A stretch of DNA of 25,190 bases from a virus. Its lineage: Duplodnaviria; Caudoviricetes. Both the position numbers and the translations under genes were made by a program. Positions within the stretch are counted from its first letter, which is position 1; the number at the start of each line of letters is the position of its first letter. Positions 1 through 7,537 of this stretch are shown here, in pieces. Location: positions 1 through 25,190 of IMG/VR virus record IMGVR_UViG_3300037484_001503; one strand, 5' to 3'. Below the pieces are notes generated by a model. The model worked only from the letters and a program-made list of their open reading frames with translations. It was not told the origin of the DNA and searched no databases.

Positions 1-315
1 GAGCGCGTAGAACACGGAAGGCCTGGCTCTTTCAGCGAGCTTGAAGGCATGAGCAACAAGGACCTTGTCCTTCGTGCTCGAGCGCTTAGCGAAGCCGCAG
101 AACAGCTAGACACGAGCGAAGCTGCGCAGCTTGCTGCTGAGAGCAGTACGAACTCGGCCGTTCTGCGCAGCATCGAAAAGCCTGTCGAAGAGGAAGAGCG
201 ACGAGCAGAGCGAAGTGCTAGGACGGCCGAGGAGTTAGCCGAGGCAGAAAAGACGGCTCCCCTTCCAGACTGGCTGAAGCCGAGCGACGACGCTTCGCGA
301 GGCGGAACTCCTTAA
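1..315 (+). CDS. 5'-truncated protein, possibly C-terminus of terminase small subunit
   Basis: Frame is open from base 1: ERVEHGRPGSFSELEGMSNKDLVLRARAL... This resembles the 'ERVEH...(L/M)SxxEL' tail common in TerS proteins. The ATG at 49 is probably internal. Confidence 0.45.
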   Translation, partial: ERVEHGRPGSFSELEGMSNKDLVLRARALSEAAEQLDTSEAAQLAAESSTNSAVLRSIEKPVEEEERRAERSARTAEELAEAEKTAPLPDWLKPSDDASRGGTP

Positions 316-489
316 ATGCCTACGGCAACGAACGCTCAAGCATTGAAAGCGCTTCGTTGCCACACGCGTTCCGCGTCAGCAGAACGCTTTGCGCTTGAAC
401 GCGCTCTTCTCCTTGCCACACTGACTGAGCGTTCCGCTGCGGAGCTCCGCTCTGTTGAGCGAGCGCTTGCAGAGCAAGGTGCGGCCTGA
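316..489 (+). CDS. Small hypothetical protein (57 aa, MPTATNAQALKALRC...EQGAA)
   Basis: Translated by hand; below the ORF-track cutoff. ATG directly follows the TAA at 313-315, its TGA overlaps the next ATG (TGATG), and it fills the gap exactly. Confidence 0.65.
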   Translation: MPTATNAQALKALRCHTRSASAERFALERALLLATLTERSAAELRSVERALAEQGAA

Positions 490-932
490 TGGAAATCACA
501 GCGTTCACGCTTGCTCAGAGGTTCGTCGGGCTCCGCGAGATTCCTGGGAAGGAGGATTCTCCGGCTGTTCTTGCAATGCTTCGCCTGGATGCAAAGTGGC
601 CTGAAGGGGACGAAGTCCCCTGGTGCTCAGCCTTCTGCAACTACATTGCGTGGCTGTTGCGCCTTCCGCGCTCGAAGTCGCTTGCAGCGAGAAGCTGGCT
701 TGCCTGCGGCATGCCCGTAGACCTCGCTGATGCGAGCGTAGGCTTCGATGTTGTCGTCCTTTCGCGCCCTGCGGGCGGAGCCTCCGCAGGCCATGTAGGC
801 TTCTTCGCAGGACGAGCCGACGGCACTGCCGCAGGTCGAGGAGTGCTCCTTCTCGGCGGGAATCAGAGCGACTCTGTAGGAGTTCAGGAATTCGCCGCTT
901 CTCGCGTGCTCGGAGTTCGGAGGCTCGCCTGA
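489..932 (+). CDS. TIGR02594-family NlpC/P60 peptidoglycan peptidase (putative endolysin, catalytic domain only)
   Basis: A..FVGLREIPG, DEVPWCSAF (catalytic Cys), GHVGF (His), LLGGNQSDSV and C-terminal RVLGVRR motifs. Confidence 0.9.
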   Translation: MEITAFTLAQRFVGLREIPGKEDSPAVLAMLRLDAKWPEGDEVPWCSAFCNYIAWLLRLPRSKSLAARSWLACGMPVDLADASVGFDVVVLSRPAGGASAGHVGFFAGRADGTAAGRGVLLLGGNQSDSVGVQEFAASRVLGVRRLA

Positions 933-1531
933 TGGCTAAAATCTGGTCTCGAGTTTCTGGAGCTACCTCAGGCGCTCTTGGAATTTCTTCCAGCATCTAT
1001 CGACGAGCCGCCAAGTCGTTCGGAAAAGGGCTCGTCGGATACGGCTCCGGAATGCGCGAAGAACGAGGAAGTATTCCGTTCAGAAATGTTCTGACGGTTT
1101 CTCCGAAGTTCATTTCGCGGTGGAAGGGCGTTCGAAGAACGTTCAAGGATGTTCGTGGAGGATCCTTCGAGCAGTTTGCACATTCAGCGACTAAGGGAAA
1201 AGGCGCATACGGAATGGGCTTCGCACGTGTTCGTGGCTACTTAAACAGTCGCTTTCATTCCTTCACGAATAAGAAGTCCGGGCCTCTCTACGTACGTAAG
1301 TCGATGCTGAAGCGGGTTACTCCTTCTCGGGGAACGATTCACGGAGTCCTGAATAGCGCGAGGCGTGCAGGACACATTTTCTACGGGAATCAGTACGTGA
1401 AGCTCGCTTCGCGCGTGCAGAAGGCTTTTGCACCTGTGTCGAGTCATCGAAGCCCCTTCTACCGGAATAGGCTTAAGAGATTCGCAACGCGAATGAGTGC
1501 GCGAAGCGCAGCGAGAAGGATGTTCAACTGA
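932..1531 (+). CDS. Ultra-basic Arg/Lys/Ser/Gly/Phe-rich protein (199 aa) with GHIFYGNQYVKLA motif
   Basis: TGATG-coupled to the endolysin. Only 4 acidic residues. Shares its motif with 20453..20818. Confidence 0.75.
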   Translation: MAKIWSRVSGATSGALGISSSIYRRAAKSFGKGLVGYGSGMREERGSIPFRNVLTVSPKFISRWKGVRRTFKDVRGGSFEQFAHSATKGKGAYGMGFARVRGYLNSRFHSFTNKKSGPLYVRKSMLKRVTPSRGTIHGVLNSARRAGHIFYGNQYVKLASRVQKAFAPVSSHRSPFYRNRLKRFATRMSARSAARRMFN

Positions 1532-1562
1532 TGCTCAAGCGTTTCTATTTGAGGAGTCATTG

Positions 1563-2426
1563 ATGAGGAGAAGGTTCATGATTCAGCGAATGTTCGTTTT
1601 CTTCCTTCTGAGCCTAAGCGGTGGAGCCGCCTGGGCTCAAAGCAGACTTCTCCTCGATCGAACGTTCACGACTGCCACAACCGTCGTCGGAGCAGTTCGA
1701 GAGCTCGGATCGTTTCCGACTTCGAGTGCGCAATACCTTGCGCTCGAAGCGCGCTTCACCCACTCCTACGGAGGCACGTCTGCGAAGGTCTACCTTCAGA
1801 CCTCGCTCGACGATGGAGCCTCGTGGATCGACATCGCGAGTCTTGCCTTCGCGTCTGCGACGGCAACGAAAGTGTCTGCGGTCAACGCGAGCATTGCTCT
1901 TGCAGCGGGCGGAACGCCGACCGACGGCACGCTGACAGACAATACGATTCTGAACGGCTTGCTCGGAGACCGTATTCGAGTGAAGCTCATCACGACGGGC
2001 ACGTATGCAACCGACCCCGCTGTGGGAATCGTGACGTATCAGAGTGGCACGAACATCACAGACACGAAGCTCATTCTCATCAACACGACTACGTATACGT
2101 TCGTAAACGTGGTTGCGGTTGCAGGAGACGTCAAGATTGGAACGGACTCCGATGCAACAATGCTCAACCTCTCGAGGTGCATCAACAAGAGTGGAGGCAC
2201 GGAAGGCGCTGGCCAAGACTACATGAGCGCCGGAGGCGTTGCACATCCACAAGTCACGGCTGTTCAGACTGCAGGCTCGGACATCGTCACTCTAACTCAG
2301 ATTGTGGGGTCAAGCGCGGGAAACTCCTATCCGTTCACGAGTGACGAGACTACGTTCGTCCTGACTCCGTTCGCCGGAGGCACGAACGACGCGACGCGCA
2401 TGCGCGTGAACGTCGTTCTGCGCTGA
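1563..2426 (+). CDS. Virion-type beta-rich protein with an N-terminal signal-peptide-like segment and an inserted sheath/fibre-like domain
   Basis: GAGGAG at 1551-1556 supports the ATG at 1563 (alternative 1578). MRRRFMIQRMFVFFLLSLSGGAAWA|Q looks like a Sec signal. Thr/Gly-rich body with GGTSAKVYLQTSLDDGASWIDIA and LGDRIRVK motifs seen in phage structural proteins. Confidence 0.7.
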   Translation: MRRRFMIQRMFVFFLLSLSGGAAWAQSRLLLDRTFTTATTVVGAVRELGSFPTSSAQYLALEARFTHSYGGTSAKVYLQTSLDDGASWIDIASLAFASATATKVSAVNASIALAAGGTPTDGTLTDNTILNGLLGDRIRVKLITTGTYATDPAVGIVTYQSGTNITDTKLILINTTTYTFVNVVAVAGDVKIGTDSDATMLNLSRCINKSGGTEGAGQDYMSAGGVAHPQVTAVQTAGSDIVTLTQIVGSSAGNSYPFTSDETTFVLTPFAGGTNDATRMRVNVVLR

Positions 2427-2436
2427 AGGAGCATTC

Positions 2437-2703
2437 ATGCGAAGAGGGGTTGCAGCAGCAGTTCGTGCCTTCGGCGCGGCACGCGGAGCTCGTGTGAAGC
2501 TCTCCGCAGTACGCGGAGGAGGAGCAGTGCGCGGAACGCGAAGCGCCCGTGGGGGCTTCACTGTGCAGAGTAAGGCGAAGAACGCAAAAGCTGCAGCAGC
2601 ACGGAACGCGCGAAGCGGAGGCCGCGGCTCCTTCGGAGGAAAGGGTGCGTTCGCCGGTCAGGGTCGAGGGTGGCGCCGACTCGTGAAAGGACGAAGAGGA
2701 TGA
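2437..2703 (+). CDS. Ultra-basic Arg/Gly/Ala-rich protein (88 aa, no Asp/Glu)
   Basis: Strong RBS AAGGAG upstream. About 23 R/K and zero acidic residues. C-terminal FGGKGAFAGQGRGWRR motif shared with 2936..3307. Confidence 0.75.
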   Translation: MRRGVAAAVRAFGAARGARVKLSAVRGGGAVRGTRSARGGFTVQSKAKNAKAAAARNARSGGRGSFGGKGAFAGQGRGWRRLVKGRRG

Positions 2704-2939
2704 ACATCCTTCGAGGCATCGCCGCGCTTGCGCTGAGCATTCCGTTCTTCCTCTTCTTCCTCCTGGCGGTCGGAACGACTGCGGTCGCAGGCAGTCTCTT
2801 CTGCCTCATTCTTCGCCTCCTCGGGTCTAGCTTCGAGCGCGCTGCACTCGCATTCCAGAAGCTTCACGAAGCGGCGGAAGAACGGCGCTTTCCGAACGTT
2901 CCTCTAAAAGCGTTTGAGCGTTCCGCGGAGCGTCGATGA
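2700..2939 (+). CDS. Small membrane protein (79 aa, holin-like candidate)
   Basis: ATGA overlaps at both ends. Long hydrophobic stretch IAALALSIPFFLFFLLAVGTTAVAGSLFCLIL followed by a charged C-terminus. Confidence 0.65.
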   Translation: MNILRGIAALALSIPFFLFFLLAVGTTAVAGSLFCLILRLLGSSFERAALAFQKLHEAAEERRFPNVPLKAFERSAERR

Positions 2940-3307
2940 GCCTGAAGCCTACTCCCTTTCCGTTCCGAAGAAGCCCCTGGCGAAGGAGCGGACCGGTTCA
3001 TTCGTTCGGCCGTTCGAACAGGCCTTTTCAGCCTACGGACTGGATCTACGGGAAGAAGAAAGCTTTCCTGACGAAGGGGCTGCGCATTCAGACTTCAAAC
3101 GTCCTCACGCGGATTTCGGCGAAGATGCACAGCTCGAAAGTTGCCCGAATCAACCTTCTCGCGTCGAAGTGGAGGCCGAAGGGCCTTCCTGGGAAGCAGT
3201 TCAATCTTCTGCAGCCCGCGTTGCGGAAGACCTTCGGCGGGCTTGGAGCATTCGCCGGGCTAGGACGTGGGTGGAAGAAGTTCCTTCGGAGCAGGGGGAA
3301 GAGATGA
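2936..3307 (+). CDS. Ultra-basic protein (123 aa, one acidic residue)
   Basis: ATGA overlaps at both ends. C-terminal FGGLGAFAGLGRGWKK matches 2437..2703. KWRP also occurs in 20453..20818. Confidence 0.75.
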   Translation: MSLKPTPFPFRRSPWRRSGPVHSFGRSNRPFQPTDWIYGKKKAFLTKGLRIQTSNVLTRISAKMHSSKVARINLLASKWRPKGLPGKQFNLLQPALRKTFGGLGAFAGLGRGWKKFLRSRGKR

Positions 3308-4446
3308 AACGCCTTTCGACTTTCGTGGCAGTGCTGCTTCTGAGCGCCTGCGGCCCCGTAAAGCCTCCTCAGCCTCCGGCGGCTCCGAAGCCCGAGCCTC
3401 AGTGTGTTGAAGGCCAGAACTTCGGATGCTGGACGGAGCCTCCAGGCCTCGGGTGGATGTTCGCCTGTGCCATTTACGAACCATCCGGCACGGTTGTGGG
3501 AGTGGAGCTTCAGCGTGATCCTGCGCTCTGTCAGGTGAAGCCTCAGCCTCCGGCGCAAAGCGCAAGCGCTCCTCTCATTCCGGATGAAGCCCTGCAGGGG
3601 CTCGAAGACGCTTTCCAGGCGAAGATGTGGACTGCTGTGGATGCAGCGATCCGCCGTTGGCGTGCAGCGCATCCTGAAGCGTGGCGCGGAGACGGAGCAT
3701 GCCTGTCGAACGGACCTGCCGGCATCGACGCAGCCTTTCAGGGCATCTCCGATGAGCTGCTTGCAGCGGGAATCGTTGCAGGACAGAGCATCAATGCCTA
3801 TGGCAAACGTTCCGACTGTATCTTCGTGAAGCGGACTCCTCCGGAGTGCTCCTCCGCAGGATGTCTGTACGAAGAGGTCCATCCGTTCGACTATGCCCGT
3901 GCATGCGTCGCGACGGGCTCGAATGCAGTGAAACGCCTTTACAGAAGGGTGGAAGGAACGGATACGCCAATACCTGTTCCTCCAGTTCCAGCTCCAGTTC
4001 CGGCTCCTGCTCCCGTGCCGACGCCTCCGGCTCCCCCCGTAGGGGATGCCTGCGGCGTGCCCGTTCCTCCTCCGCTTGAAGTTTTTGGGCTCAAGTGCGA
4101 AGCGGGGAAGAAGTGGTGCGACGGAACACCGAAGGTGTACGGGTGTAACTTTCCAACCCCTGGAAAGAACTTCTGCCGCGAGATCGGCCTAGGCACGATG
4201 CCAGGACAGCCGAATGTGGAACGTTGTGTCTGTCCTGCCGGGAATGAGGAAGACGGGGCGAAGCGCTCTGCGTGCGAGGCGAAGATTGTCGGGGAGCCTG
4301 GACCTCCGGCACGGCCGCGCTGGAAGAGTGATGGGAAGGTCGAGCTTCACCCAGAGAATCCTTTCCTCGCTCGTTGTAGCGACTGTACGTATATAGAAAT
4401 CTGCAAGGCAGACGGAACGAAGTGTACGAAGGCAAAGCTTAAGTGA
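3304..4446 (+). CDS. Cys/Pro-rich lipoprotein (380 aa)
   Basis: Start reassigned to the ATG at 3304 (GGGGGAAGAG upstream, ATGA overlap). MKRLSTFVAVLLLSA|C is a lipoprotein signal. 22 Cys; Pro-rich linkers separate three domains. Confidence 0.8.
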   Translation: MKRLSTFVAVLLLSACGPVKPPQPPAAPKPEPQCVEGQNFGCWTEPPGLGWMFACAIYEPSGTVVGVELQRDPALCQVKPQPPAQSASAPLIPDEALQGLEDAFQAKMWTAVDAAIRRWRAAHPEAWRGDGACLSNGPAGIDAAFQGISDELLAAGIVAGQSINAYGKRSDCIFVKRTPPECSSAGCLYEEVHPFDYARACVATGSNAVKRLYRRVEGTDTPIPVPPVPAPVPAPAPVPTPPAPPVGDACGVPVPPPLEVFGLKCEAGKKWCDGTPKVYGCNFPTPGKNFCREIGLGTMPGQPNVERCVCPAGNEEDGAKRSACEAKIVGEPGPPARPRWKSDGKVELHPENPFLARCSDCTYIEICKADGTKCTKAKLK

Positions 4447-4595
4447 GCGAATACGCGGAGGCGTTCTTCGCGCTTCCGCACATCCACTTCGTGTTCGTGC
4501 ACTGGCGCGCGTTGCTCGTACTCTTCGTACTGTGGCTCGTAGGGTTGTGGCTTGTCCATACGTGGTTCTGGAACAAGAAATACGAGAGAGGATGA
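4443..4595 (+). CDS. Small single-TM membrane protein (50 aa)
   Basis: Translated by hand: GTG overlapping the upstream TGA, MSEYAEAFFALPHIHFVFVHWRALLVLFVLWLVGLWLVHTWFWNKKYERG. Fills the gap. Confidence 0.6.
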   Translation: MSEYAEAFFALPHIHFVFVHWRALLVLFVLWLVGLWLVHTWFWNKKYERG

Positions 4596-4598
4596 AGC

Positions 4599-5141
4599 GT
4601 GGGTAAGATTCCGCCGGACGATTCGAACGTCCCAGTGTTCATCGAACAGGCGGAGCCTACGGCTCCTTCGGTGAACGACGTTCTCGCTCCCACAATCGTG
4701 CCTCCTCCGCTCGTGCCTGCGGCTTCAGCTGCCTTCGTTGATCCTGCTTCGCTCTCCTCGCAGATCGAACGTGCGCTGAGTGCAATTCCTGCGGACAAGC
4801 TCGGGTGCTTTCTCGTGCACGCGGACCTTCAAAAAGCTTCGATTGCTGTGATGGTCCGTGCAGGGGGGAGCGTCTCGTTTCTTGCTCGAGTGCAGAAGAC
4901 GTATACGGGAGGCCTAGACGCAGAAGTCGGAGGACGGATCACCTTCCTGCTCGGAGAGGCTGAGGCTGCGCCTGCGCCTCCAGCGACGCTGACGCTTTCG
5001 GACTACTACGAGGTTTTTCGGAACGTCGGAACAGACTTCACTCGGAACTCTCGCTTTCGCGCCAGCGTGAAGGCAGTAGGAATTAGAGTCTTCAACCTAC
5101 GTCCATACTTGGACGGGAAGAAGTGGTGGCATGTCTCCTGA
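4599..5141 (+). CDS. Hypothetical protein (180 aa)
   Basis: GTG start after GAGAGGA, fits the operon tiling, Pro-rich N-terminus. No recognised family. Confidence 0.65.
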   Translation: MGKIPPDDSNVPVFIEQAEPTAPSVNDVLAPTIVPPPLVPAASAAFVDPASLSSQIERALSAIPADKLGCFLVHADLQKASIAVMVRAGGSVSFLARVQKTYTGGLDAEVGGRITFLLGEAEAAPAPPATLTLSDYYEVFRNVGTDFTRNSRFRASVKAVGIRVFNLRPYLDGKKWWHVS

Positions 5142-5646
5142 AGCTCTTGAGCTTGCGAAGCTCGCACAGTGGGCGGCTCCCCTTCTCGTGACGCTCATCG
5201 GAGGATATGCCGTTCTGAAGAAGCAAACGGAACGTCACGAGAAAGAAATAGGAGAACAGCGCGAAGCGTTCAAAGTCTACCTAGAAACACATCGCATCGA
5301 GGAGAAGCAGGATGCTGAACGTGCTCGCGCCGAATCTCGAGAAGACGAACGGATTCGCCGGGCTGAGATCGAGGCGCTCTCTGGACGCATGGACGACAAA
5401 TTCATGAAGTTCACGGCTGCTCTGACGGGAGTCGTGGGAACGTCCGAAGAAGCCCTACGTCAGGCTCGAGCGGCGCACGTTCGTGCAGACGAAAACGAGA
5501 AAGCCGTTGCTGCTGCCGCGGTGGAGCAAGCTCGGATGGACGAGCAGATTCAATTTACGAAGAGCATCGTTGCGGAGCTGAAGAGAACGCAAGAACTCAA
5601 TCTGGCAGAAGTGCGTAGGACGCTTGAAGAGCGAGTGAAAGCATGA
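5131..5646 (+). CDS. N-terminal TM plus coiled-coil protein (lysis-accessory / spanin-like architecture)
   Basis: WAAPLLVTLIGGYAVL TM segment followed by a long E/R/K/A-rich helical region. Confidence 0.7.
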   Translation: MSPEALELAKLAQWAAPLLVTLIGGYAVLKKQTERHEKEIGEQREAFKVYLETHRIEEKQDAERARAESREDERIRRAEIEALSGRMDDKFMKFTAALTGVVGTSEEALRQARAAHVRADENEKAVAAAAVEQARMDEQIQFTKSIVAELKRTQELNLAEVRRTLEERVKA

Positions 5647-6176
5647 ACTGGCTTCTGGTCAATTTCCTCGTCCTAACCATCATCATGATAGGAGGGGCTC
5701 TGTTCATCACGTGGTTCTACCGAACATCCCGCCAGTGGAACGCTCCCGTTCAGGACTCGAAGCTCGCACAGCTGCGCAGAGACGTGGATAAGTCTTTAGA
5801 CCTTGGAGCGAGCAACAAACGAGAAATCAACGCAGCCCACGACAAAGCGGATGCCACGAGCCGCGAAACAGATCATTCGAATCGTGCGCATAAAGACGCT
5901 CTTGAGTACATGCTCAAGGAAATTCGATCTGTTGGCGCTCACATAAATTCGTTGCTCGCGATGCGAGACGATCTTCACGAGGTCCGTGCTCAAGCTCTAA
6001 AGACAGAGCAGGATCTCTCTTCCCTCGCCTGCTTCATGAACGCCTCTCAGAAGCTTCCGGGTTTCTGCCCACTTCACAAGGTGGACTGTCCCCTAACCCC
6101 TGCAGAAGGGACTCGTGTCGTTTCCCGTGCAGATGTTCAGACAAACATTCCGAAAGAACAGAAGGAGAAAGCCTAA
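5643..6176 (+). CDS. N-terminal TM plus coiled-coil protein with Cys-containing tail
   Basis: WLLVNFLVLTIIMIGGALFITWF TM segment, helical body, C...CPLHKVDCP near the C-terminus. ATGA overlap. Confidence 0.7.
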   Translation: MNWLLVNFLVLTIIMIGGALFITWFYRTSRQWNAPVQDSKLAQLRRDVDKSLDLGASNKREINAAHDKADATSRETDHSNRAHKDALEYMLKEIRSVGAHINSLLAMRDDLHEVRAQALKTEQDLSSLACFMNASQKLPGFCPLHKVDCPLTPAEGTRVVSRADVQTNIPKEQKEKA

Positions 6177-6349
6177 TGGACCAGCTTGCTTACGTCGTTG
6201 CCGTAATGGCCATCCTGTGGTGCGTGCTGCAGCTCGTTCCGATGATTCCCCTTTCGGAGCCTTCAGGCTCCTGGGTGAAGAACATTCTTCGAGCGATCTC
6301 GCTCTGCGTCGCGATTTTCTACCTCCTGCGCGGGATGGGGAAGGTCTAA
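6176..6349 (+). CDS. Two-TM small membrane protein (57 aa; holin candidate)
   Basis: Translated by hand from the TAATG overlap, with AAGGAG upstream: MDQLAYVVAVMAILWCVLQLVPMIPLSEPSGSWVKNILRAISLCVAIFYLLRGMGKV. Confidence 0.7.
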   Translation: MDQLAYVVAVMAILWCVLQLVPMIPLSEPSGSWVKNILRAISLCVAIFYLLRGMGKV

Positions 6350-6353
6350 GCAC

Positions 6354-6689
6354 ATGCTCCGGAGAAGCCTCCTTTCAGCTTCAAGCGTTTTCGCCGTAGG
6401 CGGCTTCGCCTTCGGGACGAAGCCTGTCCTCCGAGGGACGCTTCAACTTCGCATCGTGACCGAAGGTCATCAGAACAGTGCCCTGTGGCGAGTGTACAAC
6501 GCTCGAACAGGACGCGAGATCGGTCAGGACATCTCTGCGCATCGATGGGCGGCGAAGTTCGCCAAAGCGAAGATCGGCGAACCTTTCCACTTCACGATGA
6601 TGCGTCGGGATCCCTCCGGGAAGATCCTCTTCGCTGAGAACAAGATCTCACAAGATCGCGTTCGGGGCGTGATCGTGGAGAAGGTCTAA
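6354..6689 (+). CDS. Hypothetical protein with twin-arginine-like N-terminus
   Basis: MLRRSLLSASSVFAVGGFAFG resembles an RRxLL Tat signal. Fits the operon tiling. Confidence 0.6.
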   Translation: MLRRSLLSASSVFAVGGFAFGTKPVLRGTLQLRIVTEGHQNSALWRVYNARTGREIGQDISAHRWAAKFAKAKIGEPFHFTMMRRDPSGKILFAENKISQDRVRGVIVEKV

Positions 6690-6692
6690 CTC

Positions 6693-6980
6693 GTGCAGCA
6701 GATCAAGGTTCGTTTCACAGCTGCTCTGCTCGAGGGCCTGCTCGGAGAAGGCTATCGTGTACCTTCCGGAACGATCCTGAACGGACTTCCGAGCGGTACG
6801 CACTTCGTCCGATGCGAAGCGGAGCCCCACGCGTGCGTGCTGATCTTCGAAAACGCAACGTTTCCACACGCACCTTCGCCTTCAGACGTTCCACTCCTCG
6901 TGCCGGTATTTCGAGCGGATGCAGAACCGTGGAGCGGTGAGGACCGACGGTCCGGAAAAGAGAGAAGAGGCTCAAGATGA
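6693..6980 (+). CDS. Hypothetical protein (95 aa) with C-terminal WSGEDRRSGKERR
   Basis: GTG start downstream of GGAGAAGG; ATGA overlap with the next gene. Confidence 0.65.
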   Translation: MQQIKVRFTAALLEGLLGEGYRVPSGTILNGLPSGTHFVRCEAEPHACVLIFENATFPHAPSPSDVPLLVPVFRADAEPWSGEDRRSGKERRGSR

Positions 6981-7537
6981 AAGCGTGGATCACGAAGTGG
7001 CTGCTCGGTGGGTTCATTCGGGGAATCGCCGAAGGCAAGAACGGAACGGGCCCGAAGAAGCTCTACTGGTGGCTCAGCGGGAAGAAGACGGCAACGAGCG
7101 CGCTCTGCGGCTTGGCGTTCGCCGCCTTCTGCGCGGTGAAGCCTGCACTGGCGCTTGAGTGGGCGCCTACGGCGACGTTCATTCTCGGAATTCTCGTTAC
7201 GGTTGGCCTCGTCGACCGTGAGTGGAAGAACGCTCCTCCACTTACGCAGTGGAAGCTGTGGGCAAGCAGCCTGTTGAGTGCAGGACCGGCCATCTCTGCG
7301 GTCTTTGCTTTGCTCGTACAGTGGCTGCCGCTCGTTCCAGGATGTGAGAGTTGCGCAGGCTTCGTCCCGCAGGTTCAATGGGCAGCAGGAGCAGTTGCCG
7401 CAGGCACTGCCTGGCTCGCAGCAAGGTGGAACCTACCTCCTACAACGATGGAGCGTCGGGCCGAAGATCTTGATCTGACGAAGGCTTCTGAGCCTTCGAC
7501 CAAAGCGGCCGTGCCTCAGCCTTTGGCAAGGCAGTAA
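6977..7537 (+). CDS. Multi-TM membrane protein (holin-like candidate)
   Basis: About four hydrophobic segments arranged as two hairpins, each ending W(K)NxPP. Charged C-tail. Confidence 0.7.
   Translation: MKAWITKWLLGGFIRGIAEGKNGTGPKKLYWWLSGKKTATSALCGLAFAAFCAVKPALALEWAPTATFILGILVTVGLVDREWKNAPPLTQWKLWASSLLSAGPAISAVFALLVQWLPLVPGCESCAGFVPQVQWAAGAVAAGTAWLAARWNLPPTTMERRAEDLDLTKASEPSTKAAVPQPLARQ

Noticed and set aside
2914-3303. 130-aa N-terminal extension of the 510-aa ORF
   Set aside because: It overlaps 2936..3307, which has ATGA coupling and a paralogous motif. The lipoprotein signal and RBS point to the start at 3304.
6115-6399. 94-aa plus-strand ORF from the track
   Set aside because: It overlaps both neighbours. 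The 57-aa two-TM ORF at 6176..6349 tiles exactly and has an RBS.
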